From the NCBI RefSeq assembly GCF_009914755.1, contig NC_060925.1: a stretch of DNA of 64,000 nt; one strand, written 5' to 3'. The stretch is from the human T2T-CHM13v2.0 reference genome, Homo sapiens. How positions within the stretch are numbered: the first letter of the stretch is position 1; every line of letters begins with the position of its first letter. Made by a program: the position numbers and the translations under genes. Under the pieces are notes generated by a model. It did no database searches. It saw only the letters and a list, made by a program, of their open reading frames with translations, and had not been told where the DNA came from. Positions 1 to 13,165 of the stretch are shown here, piece after piece.

Positions 1-1559
1 AAACATTTGTCATATAGAATTATTGGTGATGGCCTGGATACGGTTTTGGATGAATTGAGAAACTAAATGGAATAAGAGAAGGAGAAAAACAGGTATAAAA
101 GATTTAAGAATTGGGAGGACCTAGGACATCTGATTAGAGAGTGCCTAAGGAGATTCAGCATAGTCCTGCCAGCAAAGATTATTCACTTCAAGAGTTTAGA
201 GTGGCAGTTTGGGGATAGCACCAGGAGATACCAGCTGTGATGGCTTGGAGAAACAGTGTAAACCGGCAGTGTAAACAAGAGCAGGGCATGTATGAGTAGT
301 TGAGAATGGTGAATAGAAGTATGACTAGGCAGAAGATAGTAGGGATGACAAGTTTTTTTGGGGCACAGTCTAAGTTGGTCTGGTGTCTGGAATGAGACTG
401 GGGCCTAATAAAAAGGAACGTCTATACAGGAGCTCAAATGGGCTGTACCCTGTAGCATTCTGAGAACAGGTCTGACTTCTGAGAAGGGAAAGTGGTAAAA
501 GTATTGTCCAGTCCTTTTTAAGTTGGTGGCTGAGCTTGGTGAGGTGTGCTTTTAATAGACCATTAGTCTGTCACTGAATACTAAGAGCCTGAAAAAATGC
601 TTGGCTGATTTGACTAATAAAGGCTGGTCTGTTATCAGACTGTATAGAGGTGGGAAGGCTAAACTGAGGAATTATGTCTGACAGAAGGGAAGAAATGACT
701 GCGGTGACCTTCTCAGACCCTGTAGGAAAGGCCTCTACCTATCTAGTGAAAGTGTCTACTTAGACTAAGAGGTATTTTAGTTTTTGTGACTCGGGGCATG
801 TTGAGTAAAGCTAATTTGCCAGTCCTGGGCGGGGGTAAATCCTTGAGCTCGATGTGTAGGGAAGGGAGGGGGCCTGAATAATCCCTGAGGAGTAGTAGAA
901 TAGCAGATGGAACAGTGAGAATTTATTTCCTTGAGGATAGATTTCTACGATGGAAAGGAAATGAAAGGTTCTAAGAGGCGGGCTAGTGGCTTGTACTATA
1001 GCATAGCCTGCCTTTGCTGGTGTGTGGCGATTAGGCCTGGTGGAACTGCCATCAATAAATCAAGAGTGATCAGGGTGAGAAACAGGGAAGAAGGAAATGT
1101 GGGGAAATATGATGAACGTCAGGTGGATCAGAGAGATGCAGTCATGGGGGTCAGGTGTGGTATCTGGAATAATGTGGGAGGCTGGATTGAAGTCTGGGCC
1201 AGGAACAATGGTAATTGTGGGACTTAGCAAAGAGTGAGTACAGCTGAAGGAGCCGGGGAGCAGAAAGTATATGCGTCAGGTATGACGAAGAAAATAGATT
1301 TTGGAAGTTATGAGAAATGTAGAGAGTGAGTTGAGCATAGTTTGTGATTTTTAGGGCCTCTAAAAGTATTAAAGCAGTGGCAGCCACTGCACGCAGACAT
1401 GAGGGCTAGGCTAAAACAGTAAGGTCAAGTTGTTTGGACAGAAAGGCTACAGGGTGCGGTCCTGGCTCTTGTGTAAGAATTCTGACTGCACTAACTATGC
1501 CTAGGAAGGAAAAGAGTTGTTGTTTTGTAAAGGATTGAGGTTTGGGAGATTAATCAGAC

Positions 1560-2030
1560 ATGATCAGCAGGGAGAGCATGTGTGTTTTTATGAGAATATG
1601 CCAAGATAGGTAACAGATGAGGATAAAACTTGGGCTTGACTGAAGTAATGGGGGCTGTCTGTGAAGCCTTGCGGCAGTACAGCCCAGGTAATTTGCTGAG
1701 CCTGATGGGTGTCAGGGTCAGTCTAAGTGAAAGCAAAGAGAGGCTGGGATGAAGGGTGCAAAGGAATAGTAAAGAAAGCATGTTTGAGATCCAGAACAGA
1801 ATAATGGGTAGTAGAGGGAGGTATTGAGGATAGGAGAGTATATGGGTTTGGCACCACAGGGTGGATAGGCAAAACAATTTGGTTGATAAGGCGCAGATTC
1901 TGAACTAACTTGTAAGGCTTGTCTAGTTTTAGGACAGGTAAAATGGGGGAATGGTAAGGAGAGTTTATAGGCTTTAAAAGGCCATGCTATAGCAGGCGAG
2001 TGATAACAGGCTTTAATCCTTCCAAAGCAT
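1560..2030 (-). pseudogene. HERV-H reverse transcriptase remnant (stops; YxDD segment absent)
   Basis: Manual translation gives SPYHSPILPVLK..VPNPYTLLS..LDLKHAFF (1794-1771)..LPQG (1677-1666)FTDSPHYFSQAQ, joined directly to SSVTYLG. Confidence 0.85.
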
Positions 2031-2302
2031 GCTGTGGGATGGGATATTGGCTTTGAGCAGGGTAAGGGTGATGATTAGGTTTTAATGAGATGGTAAGGGG
2101 TGCATGATCAGTTGCAAAGGAGGGAGTAGAGGTATCTTATACTTGTGGGTTAAGGTGGGGGGATACAAGAGGAGGACACAAAGGAGGCTTTGGATTGGAA
2201 AGAAGGGCAGTAATGAGATGTAGCTGTAATCCAGGAATAGTCAGGGAAGCAGATAATTTAAAGTGTCTCAGCCTAATAAGGGAACTGGGCAGGTGGGGAT
2301 AA

Positions 2303-2491
2303 CTAAAAGGAGGGCTTAAAAGAGTATTGTCTAAGTTGGCACCAGAGTTGGGGAGTTTTAAGAGGTTTAGAAGCCTGGCTGTCAATACCCACAACAGTTA
2401 TGGAGGCAAGGGAAACAGGCCCTTGAAAAGAAGGTAATGTGGAGTGGTTAGCCTCCGTATTGATTAAGAAGGGAAAGGACTTATGCTCCAC
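2303..2491 (-). pseudogene. HERV-H protease remnant (catalytic motif degenerate)
   Basis: FLINTEANHSTL corresponds to the retroviral FLIDTGA..S motif; the flap-like VVGID follows. Confidence 0.8.
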
Positions 2492-2571
2492 TGTGAGAGT
2501 TACCTAAAGCTCGGCGTCCATGGTGGTCTACGGGGCTTCCAAGGCGATCGGGCAGCATCAGTCTTCAGCCG

Positions 2572-2877
2572 CTAAGCCAAGAAGGAGTCAGTCAGAGAGC
2601 CTTGGGCCAGAGTTCCAGGGGCTCTGGGAGTGGCTGCCAGGTGAGATGAACAGTCCGATTTCCAGTGGGGTCCCGCACAGATGGGACATGGCTTAGGAGG
2701 AATCCTGGGCTGCAGGCATTCCTTGGCCTGGTGGTCAGATTTCTGGCACTTGTAGCAAGCTCCTGGGGGAGGAGGTTCTGGAGGAAGGCCTGGCCGCTGC
2801 GGTTCAGGCGTTTGGAAGTTCTTGTGTGCTGGAGATGTGGCTGGGGTTTGTCTCACAGTGGAGGCAAGGAATTGCAA
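2572..2877 (-). pseudogene. HERV-H gag nucleocapsid remnant with two CCHC zinc knuckles
   Basis: ORF translation contains CYKCQKSDHQAKEC and CPICAGPHWKSDC. Confidence 0.88.
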
Positions 2878-3769
2878 CTTTTTTCTATTATTGTACTCCT
2901 TGAAGGCGAGGTTAATTAAATCCTGTTGTGGGGTTTGAGGGCCGGAATTTAATTTTTGGAGTTTTATTTAATGTTGGGAGCAGATTGGGTAATAAAATGT
3001 ATATTGAGAATAAGACGGCCTTTTGACCTTTTAGGGTCCAGGGCTGTAAAGTGTCTCAGGGTTGCTGCCAAACGAGCCATGAACTGGGCTGGGTTTTTAT
3101 ATTTGATGAAAAAGAGCCTAAACGCTATCTGATTTGGGATAAAGAAAAAGGAGCATTAACCTTGACTATGCCTTTAGCTCCAGCCACCTTTTTAAGAGTA
3201 AATTGCTGAGCAGGAGGGGGAGGGCTAGTCACAGAATGAAACCGTAAGCCGGACCAGGTGTGAGGAGGGGAGGTGATAAAAGGATTATTGGGTGGAGTAG
3301 CAGAGGCTGAGGAAGAATTGGGACCTAGCTCAGCCTGGTGAGGAGGGGAGAGGTCAGATGGGTCTGTAGAAAAGGAAGATTAGAAAGACTCAGCCACGCT
3401 TGGGGTTGGGACTGAGGGGACAGGCGGGAGGGAAAGAAGGAAGATTTGGGACGAGTTGCATTGGGCTCAGAGACTAGGGAGGAACTGATGTGTAAAAGAA
3501 TACCTGGAGGCACCTCAGATCATTTGCCCATTTTACAACAAGAATTATTTAGATCTTATAGGATGGAAAAATTGAAAGTGCCATTTTCCGGCTATTTGGA
3601 ACTACTGTTGAGTTTGTATTGGGGTCAAGCGGCATTGCAGAAGAAAATAAGATGCTTCGATTTTAGGTCAGGTGAGAGTTGAAGAGGTTTTAAGTTCTTA
3701 AGAACACAAAGTAAGGGAGAAGAAAGAGGAATGGAAGGTGGAAGCTTGCCCATAGTGAAGGAGGCAAGC

Positions 3770-4095
3770 CCAGAGAAAAGAGTAGAGACACGGAGAAGGG
3801 GTGGGGGGTTCTTGCCCTCCAGAAAAGCAGAGAAGGGGTTGGGGTATGGAAATAAGGGATCGGGGGTTCTTGCCCCCTAGAAAAGCAGGACTTGCCGCTA
3901 AGGGTGAAGGAGAAGGGGTTGAGGGGTTCTTGCCCCTGCCCCAGAAAATCAGAGAAGGGGTAGAGACATGGAGAGAAGGGGTTTGGGTACTTGCCTCTCC
4001 CCTAGAAAAGCAGAGAAGGGGTAGAGACACGGAGAGAAGGGGTTGGGGTACTTGCCCCCCTCCAGAAAAGCGGGACTTGCTGCTAAGGGTGAAGG
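3770..4095 (-). repeat. Imperfect tandem repeats in the HERV-H leader
   Basis: Recurring units such as AGAGAAGGGGTAGAGACACGGAGAGAAGGGGTT and TCTTGCCCC..AGAAAAGC on the + strand. Confidence 0.7.
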
Positions 4096-4378
4096 ACCAA
4101 GGCAGGCATCCCTGCGTGGTCTGACACCTTTGAAACGTGGGTGAATAATCAGAGAGGCGTCCCTGCAATGATTAAACACCAAGGGAAGGCTGCCTTCCCA
4201 GTCCGTGACCGGCGCCGGAGTTTTGGGTCCACGGATAAAACGTGTCTCCTTTGTCTCTACCAGAAAATGAAAGGAATTGAAATTAAGAGAAGGGAGATTG
4301 AAGTGTGGTGCCAAGATTGAAAGGAGAAAGAGGTTGAGGGATAGTGAGGGAAGTTGGAGAAGAGAGTAAAAAGAGGCC

Positions 4379-4387
4379 GCTTACCGG
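4379..4387 (-). promoter_or_regulatory. HERV-H major 5' splice donor (CCG|GTAAGC)
   Basis: Minus strand AATTTCAAATCCG|GTAAGCGGCC about 145 nt downstream of the LTR, the usual position of the HERV-H leader donor. Confidence 0.8.
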
Positions 4388-4510
4388 ATTTGAAATTGGT
4401 GAGATGTTTCTTGGGCTGGTCGGTCTGAGGACCTGAGGTCGTAGATGGATCTTTCTCATGGAGCAAAGAGCAGGAGGACGGGGGATTGATCTCTCAAGGG
4501 AGGTCCCCCG

Positions 4511-4528
4511 ATCTGAGTCACGGCGCCA
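4511..4528 (-). promoter_or_regulatory. Primer binding site for tRNA-His
   Basis: Minus strand TGGCGCCGTGACTCAGAT directly after the LTR, 2 mismatches to the canonical TGGTGCCGTGACTCGGAT. Confidence 0.92.
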
Positions 4529-4530
4529 AA

Positions 4531-4961
4531 TTTCATGCGCGTCCGTGTGAAGAGACCACCAAACAGGCTTTGTGTGAGCAACATGACTGTTTATTTCACC
4601 TGGGTGCAGGTGGGCTGAGTCCGAAAAGAGAGTCAGCAAAGGGTGGTGGATTATCATTAGTTCTTATAGGTTTTGGGATAGGCAGTGAAGTTAAGAGCAA
4701 TGTTTTGCGGGCAGGGGTGGATCTCGCAAAGTACATTCTCAAGGGTGGGGAGAATTACAAAGAACCTTCTTAAGGGTGGGGGAGATTACAAAGTACATTG
4801 ATCAGTTCGGGTGGAGCAGAAACAAATCACAATGGTGGAATGTCATCAGTTAAGGCTATTTTTACTTCTTTTGTAGATCTTCAGTTACTTCAGGACATCT
4901 GGATGTATACATGCAAGTCATAGGGGATGTGATGGCTTGGCTTGGGCTCAGAGGCCTGACA
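4531..4961 (-). mobile_element. HERV-H 5' LTR, type II / LTR7B-like (431 bp)
   Basis: Minus strand begins TGTCAGGCCTCTGAGCCCAAGC and ends GCGCATGAAA. It has the type II repeated blocks (CTTTGTAA..CCCCACCCTT), a TATA-like CCTATAAGAA at 4670-4661 and AATAAA at 4595-4590. Confidence 0.93.
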
Positions 4962-5103
4962 CAAGCTAATTATTTTTTTCTTTTTTTTTTTTTTTGTAGA
5001 GACAAGGTTGCCCAGCTGGTCTCAAACTGGGGATCAAGCAATCCTCCTGCTTCAGCCTCCCAAAGTGCTAGGATTATAGGGATGAGCTACTGTGTGCTCA
5101 GCC
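4962..5103 (-). mobile_element. Left arm and linker of an old Alu (AluJ-like) interrupted by the HERV-H
   Basis: CAAGCTAATT-polyT-GTAGAGAC..CTCCCAAAGTGCTAGGATTATAGG starts immediately at the LTR edge. Confidence 0.85.
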
Positions 5104-5400
5104 TTCTTAATTTCTTAAACCTTTTTTTGAGTGTGTGTGTGTGTGGCACAATTAGTATCTAGTTTTTAAGTTTAACAACAATTGAACATCTTTGCTCTTT
5201 TTTCCTGTTGAATTTGTGTCTTAGGGCATATTCCTTGAAGTGGCATTCCAGGGTCAATGATTATAAACACTTCCATGGTTTTTGACATGTATACATAACA
5301 TTTCATGGAAAAGTATTTCAAATGAAAATTTCTGAGTTTTTCAAATAAACGGCTATATACATGAAATTGTATCACATTGCTGGTTTTAAAATTTGAGATT

Positions 5401-5742
<342 letters not shown>

Positions 5743-7699
5743 CTATTCTGTATTATATTTGTACAATATAAATTTATACTTCTGAGTACAGACACACTAG
5801 ATGGATCAGTCTTCTCCTGAGTAATGAATGTATTCTTGGCTTTGGAGAGCTACACTGAGGGCAGCGTATGCCTGAGGGCAGGATTTCTGTTCCCTTTCTG
5901 TCCCCAGGACACTCTCAGCCTGCTGAGAACAGGAACAAATGTATCTAGCTGGATTCTGCCGCATGAGGTGCAGCAGTGGAGAGGTAGTGTCTCTAGTGTA
6001 CTGATGTCTTTTTCCAGAATATTTCTGTAGGCGGAAGGAGTAGGAAGTGTTGTCAAGGCCCGAGAAACAGGACCCAGCTGCTTCTCAAAGCTCTCTAAGG
6101 AGACGGGAGTTTCCATGTGGGTTGCTGTCTATCCTCTTTCAGGTGAAGCCACAGTTTAACTATCTTGCTAATGGAGTTCTCAGGAGGAGCAGAGATTTGA
6201 TTTTCTCACTGGAACCTGCTGCCAACTCTCAAATACTTTCAACATCTGGCAGGGCTGACAATGAATGTATCCAGAGACAAAGGGATTTGACAGAGGAGGA
6301 AGAGGAACATGGCTCGCCCCTTCCCTCCCTTTCTTCTTCCCCTTCTTTCCTCCCTCTTTTCCTTTTTCACCTTTCCTTTTCCTTTTCAAAGCATTTTAAA
6401 CCCCCAGAACATTTTCCTTCAAGCGAAGAGCCAAATGTATGCAGCACATTTCAGAACAAAATGTGCTTCCCTACAAGGAGCCATGGAAAGTTTGAGATTC
6501 TAGACGGCTCTTCCCCACAGCTGTATGCTGTAAGCTCCTCTCTCTCTCCTAAGCCTTTTACCAGCTAAGATTAAATTAACATGGCAGCCAGTACAGAGGC
6601 CAATGAGTGATGAAATGCAGGAGCTCAGACTCAGTACGGCACCTGTTTTCTAATGAACCATGGAAGGAGAATAATAACGTTCTTCCTGCAGTGATAGGTG
6701 ATGAAGCTGGGCTTGGATCTGTTAAAGAAATGACTCTTTTACCCGAGAAGTAGCTCTAGGGATGGAGATAACTATATCCCCGGTGTAGACTGGAAGCCAT
6801 GTTGAAATAGGATTAGCATAGTGAACACCAAAAGCTCTCAATAATGGCTGTCATGATGTATGTCAGGCCTTGTATCATGTGCTCATTAATTCTCACCTTC
6901 ACAGTTTGTTGAAGCATCTCACAATAATCCCTAGGCACAAGCTGCACTATCTTCCTGTCCACACTGAATCCATAGAAATGATAGAAAATATATTTTGAAA
7001 AATATGTATTTGCACCTCAAAACAAGAAGGAGAACTTAGGTGACTTGGAAACTTGAGACATCTCCAGGAGAAAAGAAAAGGAAGCCTCAGGTGCCAGGCC
7101 TGTACTTTAGAAAGCTTGCATCTCTTACACACACATGTACACACACACACATTGATCAGAGGACATCTGGGAGCCTGGGGCCTGTGGTCCAGTGCTCAGC
7201 TCTGGCACAATGAGACCCATAGTCTGAACATCTGCCCTTGAGGTGAACACAGCTCAGGCCCCAGGGAATTACTCCACAGCTTTGCCCACTGTCTTCTCTT
7301 CCATTCTCTTCCCCAGGCTAAGCAGTGACAATCAGGGTCCTTGTCTCTAAATATGAATGGTAAGTGTGGGAGCCTGGGATGGAGAGAACAGAGCCCCAGG
7401 TGAATAGCAACACCACGGTGAACATGGAGGCACCTGTGTACCTTATCCAGTGGTCCAGACTGTCCTTCCGCTACTACTGCTAACATTGGAGCAGGTGGGG
7501 GCAGTGGTGAACAAGCTCTCCCTCTCCTGAAGAACTGAAGGGCCTTGACCACAGGGATTAGAATGCAACTTTGAATCACCAGATGCTTGAAAAAAATAAG
7601 CCCCACAAAAGGAGATAACAAACTGAACTTACACCTGAGGGCACAAAGTTAATGGAATGATCAGAACAGGATTGTTGCAAAGCAAACTTAAAATTCACA

Positions 7700-8060
7700 A
7701 AGAAATAAAGGAGGGTGTTATATCCATAAAGTAAGAATAGGTGGTTATGAAACAAGAACATGTGGCTTTGAAAATAGACCATTTGGTTATCTTGGAAACA
7801 GAAAATACAACTTTGCAATAGCAACAGATCCTTCATTGGCAAAGCTGGAAGTCAGAACAGGCAGGAGGAATGCTTTTCAAGTTCTGAGAAAAAAAATGTG
7901 AATGCAATTCTATATCTAGCCGAATGAACATTTAAGAGTGGGGATGAAGTAAAGACATTTTCAGTCATATAAGATCTTTAGAAGATATTCTCATATATAG
8001 ACTCTACCTGAAAAATAACCAAAGAATGTGTTCCAGTTAGAGGATACAAGAATCCCAGAG
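7700..8060 (+). mobile_element. Old L1M/HAL1 ORF1-region fragment
   Basis: TTCAAGTTCTGAGAAAAAA..AATTCTATATCTAGCC..AAAGACATTTTCAG resembles the L1 ORF1 3' part. Confidence 0.55.
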
Positions 8061-8290
8061 CAAGAAGTGTTATACAAGGTATAATAGTAAGAAAAAGTAA
8101 GCAAAATATATTCTTTGTTTAAAAAAGGCTTTTATTACAAATGTGAACCTAAATTTGCAGAAAATGTCACATAATATGTATATATTACAGATATACAGGT
8201 AAAGCTGGAGGAAGTGGGTATTGGAAAGTGTGTATCTGAGGGAGATAAAAAGTGTGTTAGAGTTCCTGGCTTGCATTAGGAGAAACTATA

Positions 8291-8368
8291 TCAAGCTGAA
8301 CCATATCAACTTACCATTTTTGTAAATTAAAAAATGGTCTGATATCAGCAATTTCACATGTGCATATA
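8291..8368. mobile_element. MADE2-like mariner MITE (~80 bp)
   Basis: TGAACCATATCAACTTACCATTTT..AAAAATGGTCTGATATCAGCAATTTCACATG matches the recalled palindromic MADE2 consensus. Confidence 0.65.
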
Positions 8369-8857
8369 GATAAAAAACGATTCTACAAAGATATCCATGA
8401 AAAGAAGAGAAATCAAATACTGAACTTTCAAATCAATTGAGGGGAACAAAATGGGTGGTATTTCACAGATAAAGAAATGAAGATATTTAATCAGTTGCTT
8501 TGGATTGGAACCTTGGTCTAGTCCTGACTCCCAGGACTCCAAGGTTACTTCAGAACAAAAGGAAAGGACAAAAACACCAAGCAACCACAAAACAAAGAGC
8601 TAATGAACAGAACAGAGATCCTGCCATAGCCCCTCCCTTCTTTTTCCTCAGTCCCTCACTCTTGCTGGGGGTTACTTCTTTGGCACCAGGCACCTCACCC
8701 TAGGGACCCACGCTGGATGCTGGAAGTTCCTCCCTGGCAAACAGAAATGTATGAAGAGCGCAGATTGCGTTAAGTTATATCCCCTGGGGTGAGCTGATCA
8801 TTCACTCTAACCTCTAGGGACCTCTGCATTCTCTCCCCTCTGCTCTCCAGTGGGCAC

Positions 8858-9125
8858 ACACTACTCCATTTGGGCTGCTAAAACAAAAATACCTTAGGCT
8901 GGGTAAATTATAAACAAGAGAAATTTGTTGCTCACGGTTCTGGAGTCTGGGAAGTCCAAGATCAGAGTGCCAACAGATTCTCTGCTTCATAGGTGGTGAC
9001 TTGTTCCTCACGTGGTGGGCAGGGCCAGGGAGCTCCCTCCAGCCTTTTTTATAAGGGCAACTAGTTCCATTCACATGAGCTCCACCCTTGTGACCAAGTT
9101 ACCTTCCAAAGGTCCCACCTCTTTG
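8858..9125 (-). mobile_element. MaLR LTR (MLT1A/MST-like)
   Basis: CCATTTGGGCTGCTA..CACGGTTCTGGAGTCTGGGAAGTCCAAGATCA. Confidence 0.75.
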
Positions 9126-9417
9126 TGTTAGGGATAAAGTGGAATCTTTGGGTAAGATCCCCACCCCCCAATCAAAAGGGGAGAACTTCTGGTGGGGAGA
9201 GTCAAGGGGCTGTCAACCCTCAGTCCTTGTACTTTTGGATGGCTCCATATTACAGCCAGTGCTCTAAACAGGTATGGACAGGCTCTGGCTTGTGGGGAAG
9301 AGGCCCTTGAGCCTCCATACCCCACCCCAACCAAGGAGGCCAAAAGGAGGTCAGCATGGGGTCTGTGGATACCACTGAGGGGGCTTCTACCTAAAGCTGC
9401 TCATGGAGCTTACCCCA

Positions 9418-9449
9418 TGTGAGTTAGTTGGGGTTCAACAGAATCAATA

Positions 9450-9484
<35 letters not shown>

Positions 9485-9844
9485 TGTATTTTCATAAGTT
9501 GGGGAATCAGTTCAAGAATTGTGGAGGCCTGAAAGTCTGAAATTTGCAGGACAGGCTGGCAGGCTACAGACCCAGGGGAGTTGATGTTGTGGCTCAAATC
9601 TGAAGGCCACCTGGAGGCAGAATTCCTTCTTCCTCAGGGAACCTTAGTCTTTTTTTCTTAAGATCTTCAACTGATTGGATGAGGCCCACACACATTATGG
9701 AGAATAATCTGATTTACTCAAAGTCTACTGATTTGAATATCAATCTCCTATAAAAAATACCTTCACAACAACATCTAGACTGGTGTTTGACCAAATACCT
9801 GGGTACTGTGGCCTAGCCAAGTTGACACATAAAATTCACCACCA
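9418..9844 (-). mobile_element. MLT2 (ERVL) LTR with internal (TG)n
   Basis: GATTGGATGAGGCCCACACACATTATGGAG..GCCTAGCCAAGTTGACACATAAAATT. Confidence 0.8.
9450..9487. repeat. (TG)n microsatellite
   Basis: Seen directly in the sequence. Confidence 0.95.
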
Positions 9845-9988
9845 CTCCATGATTCTTTTCAGGGGATTTTTTTTCAGTTTTTCAGGGGAGAGGGCAGCCA
9901 TGGACTTTCCACATGCCTCTTGACTGCAGAGTTGCAGCAAACAGGAGTATGAGAGTCAAGGGTTCTGAGTCTCGCTATCCGTCTCTTA

Positions 9989-10629
<641 letters not shown>

Positions 10630-12059
10630 CAGTCCATGGTGTTTTTGTTACGGCCACTTGAGCTGTCCAAGAAATTTGGAGATGGGTGGACCTGGCTTTG
10701 CATGCCAGCCCTACCATTTGTTAACCACTTGACCTTGAATTTCTTGAAGAAAGAGTTCTTGAAAATAATTTGTGAGCTTCTAGGAGACAGTGTGGGCAGT
10801 CCCTGGCACATAAAATGCAACTCACAAGCATTGGTTTCCTCCACTTGTCTGTAAGGCAGCTAGGAGGGTTTCCAGGGCCCAATAATGGGTACATAAAAAT
10901 TACCTGGCTGTATCAAAGGAAAGGATAAAAACAGATTGGACTATTAACTTGGGTGATGTAAATACTGATATTTTGGAATGAGTAAAATTGCTTTGGATAC
11001 CTTAATTCTGATGGGCTATCCTAAATTTCAGAGAAAACATGTAATGCTAGGATGTCTACATCAGACAGTAGAAAGCTGCTGAAGGAAGACTCCGGGGATT
11101 ATGGATGAGCTCTGCCTGTAACTTGCAGTGTGGCCTTGGGTAAGTCATTTTACCATTTGTGGACACCTATTAAGGGGATTGGGCTGCTATCTTTAATTTC
11201 CTCCTAGGTGTAATAGTTTATGATTCTAGATACCAGTGTTTGTGTACTAAGCGTGCTATTTTATAATTGACATCAAGTGGTATTAAGTGCTGTAACATGA
11301 TGTTACTCAGCAACAGGCCTGTATAGTTTACAGCTAGAACAGTAATCATTCCCGAGAGCAGATGCCTGGTGTTTAATGAATTTTGCCTCTTACTACTCTT
11401 TTTGTGTGTGTGTGTGTGAATTGGTGCCTCCCTTCTCCCCCTACCTACTTACATAATCAGAGTCTAAATTCTGTTGACACAAGTTATGTAGTCTGGATTC
11501 TTCAGAAATTTCAGCTTATTTTGGAAACTCTGAATTCTATAATTTTTTTTTTGGATCTTGCAGAATAATCTTTTCCACTCCCCCAGAGAAACACTTTCAG
11601 TGCTTTTGTTTTGAATTAAAATAATAAATTCAACGTTATAAAGAAGAGGATGTTTTTCCCCGTGGAGTCCACCCTGGATCTAATCCTATTTTGTAAAAGC
11701 TTAACATTCATCAGAACTTGTTTGTGACATCCCCTCTTCTGAAGCAGCCCAGGACTCAGTCCTGCCACCCCTGTGACTTGGGCAAGCACCATCTGTCAAG
11801 TCCAGGTTGGGCCAGGCTGTCTAAGAGAAGGAGAAGGTATGAGGGTCCACTGAGTTTGCAGGGGCAACTCCTCCACTAGGCTTCTGCCACTCATGTGCTG
11901 TGCTTCAAAGACACAATCCCCAGCCTACAGAAGGATGAGAATGGGCAGTTACATCTACAGGCAAATGAGGCATAGACTCACAGTTGGATCCCCTTTTTTC
12001 TCTCCCAAATTCCAATCTCTCTAAAAAATACTGAACTTGTATTCAGAACACCTAACTTC

Positions 12060-12345
12060 CCATTTGGACCCTGCTACCACTAACTGTGTGGCCTTCAGTA
12101 TGTCACTCAACTTCTGTATACTTAGTTTCCTCATACTCAAAAGAGAGCAATGGACTAAATTGGGAATGGCAAATACAAGACTTGCACATTATCAGCTGCC
12201 CTGCCCATGCAAGGGCCAGACATCACTAATCAATTGTAGCACTCCCAGCACTTGAGAAAGCCATTATTAATCGATTGAGGTCAACACACAAAATGGTAAC
12301 TGACATATCTGCATGAAATGACCTCTAAAGTCTCCTTCAGATTGA
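12060..12345 (+). mobile_element. MIR interrupted by a MER117-like hAT element (~12160-12312)
   Basis: MIR core CACTAACTGTGTGGCCTT..AGTTTCCTCAT; insert GGGAATGGCAAATAC..CAGACATCACTAATCAAT. Confidence 0.55.
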
Positions 12346-12609
12346 AATATCAGAAAGTGGAATAGGTTGCCAGGGACCAGAATCTCCTCTACCTAGAATT
12401 AGGAAAGTCCTATTCGAAGGCAGAGCAATCGGCAAAATGAACTTAAAATTTCTATGATCATTTAGCAACTGAACTCAACTAAGCCAACATTTATTAAACA
12501 TCTTCTATGATCAAAGCTCTCTGCTAGTGATGCTGGGATGCAAAGATAATGACCACCCTTTATCTCAAATAACTAAAAATTGCATAGAGGAAGCAGGCAG
12601 AATGGCCTA

Positions 12610-13165
<556 letters not shown>

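Larger units (their letters stand above)
1..4530 (-). mobile_element. HERV-H endogenous retrovirus internal region (deleted RTVL-H-type; leader, gag, pro, pol, env remnant), running off the left edge
   Basis: His PBS next to an LTR7-family LTR. Minus-strand translations give gag CCHC knuckles, a protease-like segment, RT motifs LDLKHAFF and LPQGFTDSP, and an env TM C-terminal remnant (VSQFIQNRIQAITN) near positions 1-120. Confidence 0.96.

Noticed and set aside
3698-4314. Pro/Ser-rich ORFs in the HERV-H leader
   Set aside because: They arise from the leader tandem repeats and show no retroviral protein homology.
6047-6568. 173-aa + strand ORF
   Set aside because: Non-ATG start, low-complexity CT-derived middle, and no recognisable domain.
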